A stretch of 64,000 nucleotides of DNA. It comes from Auanema rhodensis (taxonomy: Eukaryota; Animalia; Nematoda). Of this stretch, positions 52,101 through 64,000 are shown one piece after another. The notes beneath the pieces were generated by a model that was not told where the DNA came from, did not search any database, and saw only the letters and a program-made list of their open reading frames with translations. Numbering within the stretch: the stretch's first letter is position 1; each line of letters starts with the position of its first letter. The stretch lies in NCBI GenBank assembly GCA_964057225.1, contig OZ059895.1:9362001-9426000 (forward strand). Reading direction: 5' to 3'. The position numbers and the translations under genes are program-made.

Positions 52101-55100
52101 TTTCCGAGCAATTTCACTCCATCTATTTTATTTAATTCCATATTTTAAACAATTTTATATTTCTACCACTATTTCATAATTTCATTTTTTAAATTTTTAA
52201 TCATTAAAAAACATTTAAATTTCAATATTGTGATGCTCAAAAATTGAAACATGAAACTGATTTATATTTTCCAAGCAAGTTCACTTCATCTATTTTATTT
52301 AATTCCATATTTTAAAAAATTTTATATTTCTACCACTATTTCATAATTTCATTTTTTAAATTTTTAATCATTAAAAAACATTTAAATTTCAATATTGTGA
52401 TGCTCAAAAATTGAAACATGAAACTGATTTATATTTTCCAAGCAAGTTCACTTCATCTATTTAATTTAATTCCATATTTTAAACAATTTTTTATTTCTAC
52501 CACTATTTCATAATTTCATTTTTTAAATTTTTAATCATTAAAAAACATTTAAATTTCAATATTGTGGTGCTCAAAAATTGAAACATGAAACTGATTTATA
52601 TTTTCCAAGCAAGTTCACTTCATCTGTTTTATTTAATTCCATATTTTAAACAATTTTATATTTCTACTATTATTTAATATTTTTATTTATTTAATTTTTA
52701 ATCATTGAAAAAACATTCAAATTTCAATATTGTGATGCTTAAAAACTGAAACATGAAACTGATTTATATTTTCCAAGCAATTTCACTCCATCTATTTTAT
52801 TTAATTCCATATTTTAAACAGTTTTATATTTCTACCACTATTTCATAATTTCATTTTTTAAATTTTTAATGATTAAAAAACATTCAAATTTTAATTTTGT
52901 GATGCTCAAAAACTGAAACATGAAACTGATTTATATTTTCCAAGCAATTTCACTCCATTTATTTTATTTAATTCCATATTTTAAACAGTTTTATATTTCT
53001 ACCACTATTTCATAATTTCATTTTTTAAATTTTTAATCATTAAAAAACATTTAAATTTCAATATTGTGGTGCTCAAAAATTGAAACATGAAACTGATTTA
53101 TATTTTCCAAGCAATTTCACTCCATTTATTTTATTTAATTCCATATTTTAAACAGTTTTATATTTCTACCACTATTTCATAATTTCATTTTTTAAATTTT
53201 TAATCATTAAAAAACATTTAAATTTCAATATTGTGGTGCTCAAAAATTGAAACATGAAACTGATTTATATTTTCCAAGCAAGTTCACTTCATCTGTTTTA
53301 TTTAATTCCATATTTTAAACAATTTTATATTTCTACTATTATTTAATATTTTTATTTATTTAATTTTTAAACATTAAAAAAAAAACATTTAAATTTCAAT
53401 ATTGTGATGCTCAAAAATTGAAATATGAAACTGATTTATATTTTCCAAGCAAGTTCACTTCATCTGTTTTATTTAATTCCATATTTTAAACAATTTTATA
53501 ATTCTACCACTATTTCATAATTTCATTTTTTAAATTTTTAATCATTAAAAAACATTTAAATTTCAATATTGTGATGCTCAAAAACTGAAACATGAAACTG
53601 ATTTATATTTTCCAAGCAAGTTCACTTCATCTATTTTTATTAATTCCATATTTTAAACAATTTTATAATTCTACTATTATTTAATATTTTTATTTATTTA
53701 ATTTTTAAACATTAAAAAAAAAACATTTAAATTTCAATATTGTGATGCTCAAAAACAGAAACATTTCACTCCAGCTCTTTTATTTAATCCCATATTTTAA
53801 ACAATTTTATATTTCTACCACTATTTCATGATTTCATTTTTTAAATTTTTAATCATTAAAAAACATTTAAATTTCAATATTGTGATGCTCAAAAATTGAA
53901 ACATGAAACTGATTTATATTTTCCAAGCAATTTCACTCCATCTATTTTATTTAATTCCATATTTTAAACAATTTTATATTTCTACCACTATTTCATAATT
54001 TCATTTTTAAAATTTTTTATCATTAAAAAACATTTAAATTTCAATATTGTGATGCTCAAAAATTGAAACATGGAACTGATTTATATTTTCCAAGCAATTT
54101 CACTCCATCTATTTTATTTAATTCCATATTTTAAACAATTTTATATTTCTACCACTATTTCATAATTTCATTTTTTAAATTTTTAATCATTAAAAAAACA
54201 TTCAAATTTCAATATTGTGATGCTTAAAAACTGAAACATGAAACTGATTTATATTTTCCAAGCAATTTCACTCCATTTATTTTATTTAATTCCATATTTT
54301 AAACAATTTTATATTTCTACCACTATTTCATAATTTCATTTTTTAAATTTTTAATCATTAAAAAAACATTCAAATTTCAATATTGTGATGCTCAAAAACT
54401 GAAACATGAAACTGATTTATATTTTCCAAGCAAGTTCACTTCATCTATTTTATCTAATTCCATATTTTAAACAATTTTATATTTCTACCACTATTTCATA
54501 ATTTCATTTTTTAAATTTTTAATCATTAAAAAACATTTAAATTTCAATATTGTGATGCTCAAAAATTGAAACATGAAACTGATTTATATTTTCCAAGCAA
54601 TTTCACTCCATCTATTTTATTTAATTCCATATTTTAAACAATTTTATATTTCTACCATTATTTCATAATTTCATTTTTTAAATTTTAATCATTAAAAAAC
54701 ATTCAAATTTCAATATTGTGATGCTCAAAAACTGAAACATGAAACTGATTTATATTTTCCGAGCAATTTCACTCCATCTATTTTATTTAATTCCATATTT
54801 TAAAAAATTTTATATTTCTACCACTATTTCATAATTTCATTTTTTAAATTTTTAATCATTAAAAAACATTTAAATTTCAATATTGTGATGCTCAAAAATT
54901 GAAACATGAAACTGATTTATATTTTCCAAGCAAGTTCACTTCATCTATTTAATTTAATTCCATATTTTAAACAATTTTTTATTTCTACCACTATTTCATA
55001 ATTTCATTTTTTAAATTTTTAATCATTAAAAAACATTTAAATTTCAATATTGTGATGCTCAAAATGTGAAACATGGAACTGATTTATATTTTCCAAGCCA

Positions 55101-56350
55101 TTTCACTCCATCTATTTTATTTAATTCCATATTTTAAACAATTTTATATTTCTACCACTATTTCATAATTTCATTTTTTAAAATTTTTAATCATTAAAAA
55201 ACATTTAAATTTCAATATTGTGATGCTCAAAAATTGAAACATGAAACTGATTTATATTTTCCAAGCCATTTCACTCCATCTATTTTATTTAATTCCATAT
55301 TTTAAACAATTTTATATTTCTACCACTATTTTATAATTTCATTTTTTAAATTTTTAATCATTGAAAAAACATTCAAATTTCAATATTGTGATGCTTAAAA
55401 ACTGAAACATGAAACTGATTTATATTTTCCAAGCAATTTCACTCCATCTATTTTATTTAATTCCATATTTTAAACAATTTTATATTTCTACCACTATTTC
55501 ATAATTTCATTTTTTAAATTTTTAATCATTAAAAAACATTCAAATTTTAATTTTGTGATGCTCAAAAACTGAAACATGAAACTGATTTATATTTTCCAAG
55601 CAATTTCACTCCATTTATTTTATTTAATTCCATATTTTAAACAGTTTTATATTTCTACCACTATTTCATAATTTCATTTTTTAAATTTTTAATCATTAAA
55701 AAACATTTAAATTTCAATATTGTGGTGCTCAAAAATTGAAACATGAAACTGATTTATATTTTCCAAGCAAGTTCACTTCATCTGTTTTATTTAATTCCAT
55801 ATTTTAAACAATTTTATATTTCTACTATTATTTAATATTTTTATTTATTTAATTTTTAAACATTAAAAAAAAAACATTTAAATTTCAATATTGTGATGCT
55901 CAAAAATTGAAACATGAAACTGATTTATATTTTCCAAGCAAGTTCACTTCATCTGTTTTATTTAATTCTATATTTTAAACAATTTTATAATTCTACCACT
56001 ATTTCATAATTTCATTTTTTAAATTTTTAATCATTAAAAAACATTTAAATTTCAATATTGTGATGCTCAAAAACTGAAACATGAAACTGATTTATATTTT
56101 CCAAGCAAGTTCACTTCATCTATTTTTATTAATTCCATATTTTAAACAATTTTATAATTCTACTATTATTTAATATTTTTATTTATTTAATTTTTAAACA
56201 TTAAAAAAAAAACATTTAAAATTCAATATTGTGATGCTCAAAAACAGAAACATTTCACCCCAGCTCTTTTATTTAATCCCATATTTTAAACAATTTTATA
56301 TTTCCACCATTATTTAATTTTTATTTATTAAATTTTTGAACATTAAAAAA
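49196..56350. repeat. AT-rich satellite array, ~168 bp monomer, roughly 42 copies, with variant monomers
   Basis: GTGATGCT recurs at 49213, 49381, 49550, 49717, 49888 and onward (167-171 bp period). Confidence 0.98.
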
Positions 56351-56428
56351 AAACTAAAACTATTTTCATTTAAACTTTAAAAAAAATAAAAAAAGCATGT
56401 AAACTGTTATAAATGTTGTTTATTATAG

Positions 56429-58862
56429 TGGTCACACCGGCGCATAATACGCACTGGTCGTTTTACCAAGGTGTCGTTCGTTCGCTCACGTTCCCACAGT
56501 TGGAATCTATTGATGAACCAATGCATGTTATCATGCCGCGGTTATTCAACAACTTGATCGTTGTCTTGCTGAAAGCGGTGTGCCTGATAAGCAAAAAGCC
56601 TTATTTTGTTTATCAATTGAGCACTTTTCCTTTGAAAAGGGCTCCATATTTATGGGTTTCCGTAAAACGGAGCATTTGGATGGCGTTGCCATCATGAATG
56701 CCATCAGCAAGGTGCAGCAATCAAAACGAGAGGCTGTAATCAGCCAGGCAATGAATATTGAGATGTATGTGTTTGATAAAAGGCCAGCGCAACCAAATCT
56801 GCTGCCTGGTGAAGGTAGAGTCGGGTTTTATTCTGACCCCGAACTCAAAATACCTGGAACCATTGCCAACACTGACTCACATTGTCTGGCTAGATCCGCA
56901 GTTGTGGGAATGTGGAAAGCTGACGAACTGGCCACTGAAGGTGGCGATGAGAAACGAAGGCTGCAAAACCTTCGTCGCAATTACATCTTATTGCCAAACC
57001 AGCCACACCATATCAATTTATTAACTAGGTGTGGCATTTCCGAAAAATTGCCAAATTATAATTTGATTCATTTAAACATTATTGCCAGCTGTAGTACAAA
57101 CTATAAGTTTGTAGTATATGCTAGTCCGCCTGGACAACGTATGTACACTATCCAGAAAATATTTAATGAAGCGGCTAGCAAATTGGTAACACTAGGTTAC
57201 CGTAATAACCACTATGATTGTATTACAGATGGTAGTCGTTCAAAAATTTTTGACGGTATTATATGTCAACACTGTATGTTATCTTACAATACAGTGTTGC
57301 ATAGATGTAAAGCCAAATGTAAAAAATGCCACACCTATAATTGTAATGCGATGAAGAATGTGGTTGAGAGTAGCGTGAGGTGTGCAAGGTGATAATGAAT
57401 GGTCTGTAACAGATCGTTTCCTTGATTGGTTGCTCAACTTTTCTGAGAATGATAATGCAATTTTGATTGCGCATAATGGCCCCCGCTTTGACATACATTT
57501 TTTGGTGTCTAGGCTTATACATCGTGCAATATATCCTGACCCCATTGTAAATGGGACCTAGATTATTAGCATGCTTGTTAAGCCTTTAAGAGGTCAAAAT
57601 ATTAATCATTTATATTTTGAAGATAGTTATTTATTAGTGCCTTTACCCTTATCAGCGTTATTCAAAGCATTTGGTGTACCTGATATGATTAAAGGACAGT
57701 TTCCTTACCTCTTTAACCATCCAATAAATTATGGCAAAGTGCTACCATTCCTGCCACCAAAGCATTACTATTGTACTGCTAGAATGAAAGCCGAAGACCT
57801 TGCTTCATTCAATGTTTGGTATGAGGAGCGTAATCAAAGCGCATTTTATTTTGATGAGAAGCTTCTGGAATATTGTTGGACAGATGTTCGTATTTTAACC
57901 AACTGTATGAAAGTATACATGAAGTTGGCTACCGCCACCACTGGCTGGAATCCTGTCATACAAGTTTTCAAAAATGCGAGCATTGTTTAAAACAAATGTG
58001 TTTTAGTTGAAAATGAACCACTTTTAAAAAAATCAAGTGAGTATTCTGCCTGAGACTGGTTATTATGCCGGCCAGAAGCAGAGTATAATTGCCATAAAAT
58101 ACATAAAATGGCTAGAACAAGGATTAGGCCGCCCATTAATGCATAAGCTTAATGATGGTGAATTTGTTGTGAGAGTAGATGGCCAACGCTATCTACTTGA
58201 TGCTTATGACATATCTCCAAGAACACGAGGAGAACACTGGTGTTGCTCTGGAGAGCAATAAAATTGAAAAGAATGCTGCCATGCGTAACATTGCCAAACT
58301 GCAGCTAAATAGGTTTGTAACTTTTTTAAAACAATACATTACAAATTTGCGTATTGTGCCTGGTGTAAAATGGGTCAAAGACCAGATAAAGCCCAAACCA
58401 AGATTATTGGTGTTGAGGACCCATAAATTGGTAGGATCATTACTGATCCTGCAAGGGAACTCACCGGGTTCAAAAGGTCAAAAAAAAAGTCAATGACCAA
58501 GTTTGTGTCACCAGCGGCAAAAGTTTATAGGTATAAACTTGTAAATGCAGCTGGTGATGTAAAGTATGTAACAAAGGCAAAGGGAGTGGTAAGAACGAGA
58601 TTTGACTTTTCAAATAATTTTATAATTTTCAGACGTTGGACCACACGGCAGCATCAGTAGTAAACTTTGAAAGTATGGAGCGACTGGTTCGCGGACTCGT
58701 TATGGATGGAGAGAAATTGGTTTTAAAACCAATACGACATTGTTAAAGAGGCAACTCGATGCCATATCCACAATGGATATGACAAAAAGTACTAAAGTTG
58801 TAATGGATAAACTTTGTTATCTACAAAATTATAGTAATTTACCCTACGGTTATTGTGAATAA
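56429..58862 (+). pseudogene. Decayed pPolB of a third Maverick copy (inverted relative to copy 1)
   Basis: Homologous to exons 5-14; deletions near 57386, 57963, 58212 and 58480, a nonsense codon near 57559, and frameshifts. Confidence 0.93.
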
Positions 58863-58975
58863 GTTTTAATATATTTGTATTTATAAACTTTATTATTGTA
58901 CTTGTATTTATTTTTAAAAATAGTTGTATTAATAAATTTTATTCTTCTAACTTTTAAAAAATTTTATTACATACA

Positions 58976-60313
58976 TTACAAACTGGTATCAATATATGGA
59001 GCACGATTGTTGTCAATGGAAAGAATAGAGTCATACTCTGCATAAACAATTGCATACAAGCCCTCTTGCGGCGTTTGTTGACCAAATTCCAATTTCAAGG
59101 CTACATTACCTTGTCGTATAACATCAAACAACTCGGACGAGTGTACAGTAGGAGAAATATCAAATACAAAAAATGTGAAACCAGCTTTATACATTGCTGG
59201 TGTAATACCATTGGATAAATCTGTACGACCAAGTCCCAAACCTTCCAGCATGTCAATATATGCTGTGGCATAGGAAGATCGCCATTCTAAAGTATAAGGA
59301 CGGGTAGGTATTACCCTATTGTTGAGCGTCAAGTATATATTTTTCAAATCAAACGGTTTAAAGTCGAATGGCGAATGTTTAAAAGTACCATTATAAGCGT
59401 GTGCGCCAACAAGACCTACTACAACACGTTTTGGTATGTGAGACGTGAATAATATATTATTAGGTGAATCCAAGCGGCCTCCTTCTATGAAATGAGATTG
59501 CAGTTTCACTGATGTCATGGGGTAGTGTATTCGATCCTTTGGGAGTTTATCTTCTATAGCCATAGCTAATCCAGCGTTTAGATCAAACTCTTGAATGAGC
59601 AAATGTACATCGCTGATATCTACTTTTAAATTTGGAAACTCCTCTTTTAATGTAGTATCCTTGTTTTCATTATTCCAGCCTAGAGTGTCAATTAAAAAGT
59701 TATCACGGTTTGGATATGCAGTTAGCTCTATTTTTGAATAGTTTACAAACAGTCGCTCTTGATTAAATAGGTCGATACTGGCGGGAGCAGCCATCTCACA
59801 CAATATGCCATTTTTTACAAGCCCTTGTCGCGCTCTAAATCCAGGACTGGCTGCATTATCTATATATCTATCTGCATAATAGCCTGATATGGCAAGTTTG
59901 CTCTCTTTAACATCGTTGCTATACATTAGAATATTCTCAATATATGTTTTGTAGGCATTATTCACGGTAGAGTCATACACGCTAACATCACCAATTTTCA
60001 AATAATACGAATGTATTAAACTGGCAGCAAATTGTTGACATGGTGCAACAACAAGGTTGTCTGGTACTGGATCACCGTTTGTGGATACAATTTTGAATTT
60101 TACATTCAACCAACATCTTCTCAGATTGAGGACAGATTTGGAATTTTGAGCTATAACAAATTCCCATGGTTCTTGAGGAAGAAAAGTATTTTTCAAAGGG
60201 ACTTTTACAGTACGAGTGGATTCAACACCTAATGCCGACGCTGGTATATCACCATAGTTGATATTAGGTAAGGTAAGGGCTTGTGCTGAATTTGAATCTA
60301 TCAACTTAGCCAT
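58976..60313 (-). CDS. Major capsid protein, second copy, intact 445-aa ORF
   Basis: Colinear and highly similar to 39286-40620. Confidence 0.9.
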   Translation of the reverse strand: MAKLIDSNSAQALTLPNINYGDIPASALGVESTRTVKVPLKNTFLPQEPWEFVIAQNSKSVLNLRRCWLNVKFKIVSTNGDPVPDNLVVAPCQQFAASLIHSYYLKIGDVSVYDSTVNNAYKTYIENILMYSNDVKESKLAISGYYADRYIDNAASPGFRARQGLVKNGILCEMAAPASIDLFNQERLFVNYSKIELTAYPNRDNFLIDTLGWNNENKDTTLKEEFPNLKVDISDVHLLIQEFDLNAGLAMAIEDKLPKDRIHYPMTSVKLQSHFIEGGRLDSPNNILFTSHIPKRVVVGLVGAHAYNGTFKHSPFDFKPFDLKNIYLTLNNRVIPTRPYTLEWRSSYATAYIDMLEGLGLGRTDLSNGITPAMYKAGFTFFVFDISPTVHSSELFDVIRQGNVALKLEFGQQTPQEGLYAIVYAEYDSILSIDNNRAPYIDTSL

Positions 60314-61160
60314 TTAAATGTGAAACGACCGCTTACGAGTGATGCACAACCGCTTATGAGGTTTTGTGGTTTTGCGTCGTCGCCGTTTTTTCTTCGCCGC
60401 GCCGACTATTGCTTACAACACTGGATAAGGCGTTTCTTCCGGCATTGCTTAGATTTTGGATGCTACTATTAATATATTACCTAGAACACCACGTCATCGT
60501 AAGGCTGTTATTCGATATTCACCCTCTCCGCGTCGTACATTCAAATCCAAAGCTATAAATAAAAAGGCAAAACCCGCTGACACTGGTAAATCATATTACA
60601 CACCTCAGGCGGAAGAAACACAGAATGGCAAAGGCCGTGAACGATTCTACATTAGATCATGGAAGTAATGTTTTGGAGAACATTTATTATAATATTAAGC
60701 ATCCAGCTTCTTATACGTTTGCCAAAAATCTATTATTGGAAGCGCGAAAGCATGGCATCGCAAAAGCACAAGTTGAAAGTTTTTTGCAAGACTCGCTGTA
60801 GCCAGAAATATATTCAGTGTTTAATGTGCATGTTCAATGAGTGGTCGTATTTTGTCAAATTACAACTTTTTATCTTCTTGTGCCAAAACCCCTTGTTCTG
60901 TTTCCTCATTTTCTTTTTTACAAATTGAAATTATTGTTGAAATTGTATTTAATATTGTGAAAAATAATAATTTTCTCTTAACTAACAAGGAATATAAAAC
61001 CCTTTTGCCCATATCCTCATTATTACGTCAAATAGCTTTGATACGCACACCCGAAAAGGCTGAAACTTTATTGGCAACGATTTCACACAAACAATCGAAA
61101 ACAATAGCTTTATGTGGAAATGCTTATTTTGGTTTTAAAAGATGAAACTCAATCATAAAC
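60314..61160. mobile_element. Rearranged Maverick fragments: core-gene remnant (-), 238-aa 3' end and integrase 5' end (+), ATPase 3' end, 102-aa gene and 238-aa start (+)
   Basis: Each piece aligns by eye with copy 1; junctions near 60395, 60455 and 60795. Confidence 0.88.
60837..61145 (+). CDS. Maverick 102-aa protein, third copy
   Basis: Near-identical to 35698-36006. Confidence 0.8.
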   Translation: MSGRILSNYNFLSSCAKTPCSVSSFSFLQIEIIVEIVFNIVKNNNFLLTNKEYKTLLPISSLLRQIALIRTPEKAETLLATISHKQSKTIALCGNAYFGFKR

Positions 61161-63365
61161 CTCCCACTCGTCAGTTGACCTCCCACGGTTCAGATCCGGA
61201 TCCACTTCTGTCGAGGAATTTTCGTCGGACTGGTTTTGTCAAGGTACGCTCTTTCTCGTATCTCTTTTTTTATCATTATTTCTTCTCTATTTTTTTTCTC
61301 TCTCTATTTCTCACTCCAGTGTTTATTCTTATTCTTTCTTATTGCTCTTCATTTTTCAATATGTCTTTTGTGACTAATGATTTTCTTACAAATGCTCTTC
61401 AAAATTTCTCAAAGTCCCTTGAGAAATCTTTTTCAAAATTGTCAAATGCTATAAAAAATGAGCTTAACTGTATGAAAATTACTATCACATCGCATAAGGC
61501 TCGCTTAAAAACTATCGAAACGGATTTCAAATCCCGCTTAGATAAATTAGAGCAAACTTTTAATTCATTTCAAAACACTAGTAATTCTAATTCTACCTGT
61601 GTCCCAACCTCTTCCCAACTCAATGTAGCATGTCATTGCCAAAAATTACGATCAGAGGAGACAAAGTACCTCTACCGTGCCAAAAGAGCCCTTTGCTTCC
61701 GAGTGCCATTAACGTCAACAGAATTCCCAACTGAACCTCTGTTGCTATTGAAACTTATTATCGAGAAATCTCAAGACAACACCCTGTCTTCTCTGATCGA
61801 TAGCAATCAAATTACTATTGCACGTTCTACTCTCAAATCTAATTCCCCTGGCCCTCTCATAATTACATGTCCATCGGTAGTTTTACGCGACAAGATTATC
61901 CAAGTTATCAAAATCAATAAATCAAAATGTTTCGATTCCCTTTCAAAAACGTTTTTGCGACGAGACTATCTCCCCTTCGAAATTGAACTGGAGAAAAACT
62001 TGAGAAAAGAAGCTAAAATCAAGAACGAAAATAACACTGAAAGGATTTTTCTTGTAAGATGTTCATCAAGGGGAGGTGGTGTGCTTCTTTTCATCAAAAA
62101 ACATATTACTTTCCGTCTTCTTTCCTGCTCTTCTAATTCATCTACCATACAGTTTATAAATATTCTTATCACATCTTCCAATTCTATTTTCTCTGTTTGT
62201 TATCGCTCTCCATCATCATCAAGCTCAGATTTTTTAAATTTTTTTTTGTGATCTTCAAAATCACCTAGTTAATCTGTCTCTTTATCTTACTGGTGATCTT
62301 AATTTCCCTAAAATAAATTGGGATCTTGGTATATGTTCTCAACCTACTCCTTCTAGTAGAATTCTACTCCAATTTCTCAATCAAAACTGTCTAAACCAGC
62401 TAGTCAACTTTCCTACCAGAGGTGAGAATATTCTTGATTATATCATTACAAATAACGTCTGTTGTGTAAACAATATCAACCGATCTGGTTCACTAGGAGC
62501 TTCGGATCACTTTTCAATCACCTTTCAGATACTTTCTAAATCTGAGAATTTTCATCTCCAAGACTTACATACACTCGTGGCCATAAATTCTCGGCAGGTG
62601 GTGCCTCGACGAAAAAAATTTTTAAAAAATTTAAAAAAATATTTAAAATTTAATTTTCAGGATAATGTGGTTTGTAATAGTTCAGGCTTCTAGAATTTTC
62701 AGTTTCAATGTCAAAGTATCGATGGGAAGAAAGTTATGAAAAAATATCTGACGTCCATATTTGGACTAAACTTACATTTTCATATCTTGAGTTAGGGAGC
62801 ATGAACATTAATAATTATTTCGCTGAATTGTAGACAAAACCTTACTTTATCATTTTAGAACATGACAAGGGGTTTTTTTGTTTCCGAAGATCTAAGAAAA
62901 TCAGTTTTACACGAAGATGCAAAGCGGTTATCGAAGCTAGATGACACGCCACACGATATTAAGTATTTTTTTTAGTTTCTCGATAGTTTAAAGTATTGTT
63001 TTTACGGAGAACTTTTTTATTTTTGTTCGGAAAATATTTTTTATGATTTTTTGAAATTTTAAAATTTTTTGGTTATCTGTTCATGCTTCATAAATCATTC
63101 TAATAAAAATTTTGGACTAAAAACGTGGGTAAAACCTTTTGAAGTTAGAGAATAAAGTTCAAAACAGTTAAATGAAGTAGATTATACTCGAATAATTGTG
63201 AAAAACAGAAAAACTTTTTTTAAAATAAGAAAAATTGAAAATTTTGGGGGGTGCCGAGAATTTATGGCCACGAGTGTAGTTGTAATCGGACCACAATTTT
63301 CTTCTGGCTGATTATGAACTTATTAATAGACAACTTATCAACATTGATTTCTGTTCTGAACTTTC
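61161..63365 (+). mobile_element. 5' portion of a CR1-like non-LTR retrotransposon (ORF1 plus partial APE endonuclease), interrupted by a MITE
   Basis: ATG at 61361, coiled coil and FLRRDY..E...LR ORF1-like end, then APE motifs RGGGV, YRSP, GDLNFPKINW, QLVNFPTRGENILD and SDH; after the MITE, NFLLADYELIN..L.NIDF. Confidence 0.85.
62572..63276. mobile_element. Complete 705-bp non-autonomous Tc1/mariner-like MITE
   Basis: 25-bp perfect TIR CACTCGTGGCCATAAATTCTCGGCA with TA on both sides. Confidence 0.95.
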
Positions 63366-64000
63366 AATTATGAGAGGGCCAGGGGAATTAGATTTGAGAG
63401 TAGAACGTGCAATAGTAATTTGATTGCTATCGATCAGAGAAGACAGGGTGTTGTCTTGAGATTTCTCGATAATAAGTTTCAATAGCAACAGAGGTTCAGT
63501 TGGGAATTCTGTTGACGTTAATGGCACTCGGAAGCAAAGGGCTCTTTTGGCACGGTAGAGGTACTTTGTCTCCTCTGATCGTAATTTTTGGCAATGACAT
63601 GCTACATTGAGTTGGGAAGAAGTTGGGACACAGGTAGAATTAGAATTACTAGTGTTTTGAAATGAATTAAAAGTTTGCTCTAATTTATCTAAGCGGGATT
63701 TGAAATCCGTTTCGATAGTTTTTAAGCGAGCCTTATGCGATGTGATAGTAATTTTCATACAGTTAAGCTCATTTTTTATAGCATTTGACAATTTTGAAAA
63801 AGAGTTCTCAAGGGACTTTGAGAAATTTTGAAGAGCATTTGTAAGAAAATCATTAGTCACAAAAGACATATTGAAAAATGAAGAGCAATAAGAAAGAATA
63901 AGAATAAACACTGGAGTGAGAAATAGAGAGAGAAAAAAAATAGAGAAGAAATAATGATAAAAAAAAGAGATACGAGAAAGAGCGTACCTTGACAAAACCA
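63366..64000 (-). repeat. Inverted near-identical copy of the LINE segment 61230-61864
   Basis: Reverse complement matches with only a few differences; runs off the window end. Confidence 0.95.

Noticed and set aside
49196-56350. CRISPR-like array
   Set aside because: Whole monomers repeat with no unique spacers, and the context is eukaryotic; it is a satellite.
63312-63995. 227-aa ORF as an independent gene
   Set aside because: It is the inverted duplicate of the LINE UTR and ORF1, truncated at the fold-back junction.

Overview
AT-rich nematode (rhabditid-type, ~40-50 nt introns) genomic DNA in two very different halves. Bases 1-29.7 kb are gene-dense host sequence: a LamG/EGF neurexin-like receptor, an M14 carboxypeptidase with a ShK domain, a patched-related protein, HDDC3/MESH1, and a probable operon of gamma-adaptin, GBA2, BolA and esterase D. 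From ~30.5 kb to the end is a nest of mobile DNA. It opens with a truncated hAT end carrying a BED finger, followed by a near-complete ~16 kb Maverick/Polinton (integrase-chromodomain, packaging ATPase, minor and major capsid, adenain protease, core protein, C2H2 protein, spliced Cys-rich cargo gene, and a protein-primed PolB that I reconstruct as 14 exons). Further right are fragments of at least two more Maverick copies, a ~7 kb satellite of ~168 bp units, Tc1-like MITEs and a CR1-like LINE ending in a fold-back inversion. The most notable observations are the intron-rich pPolB beside intronless, translationally coupled structural genes, five exact Maverick termini each abutting truncated DNA with no matching TSD, and a satellite that occupies and partly resembles a Maverick polymerase intron. 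All exon structures were read by eye and need RNA or alignment confirmation.
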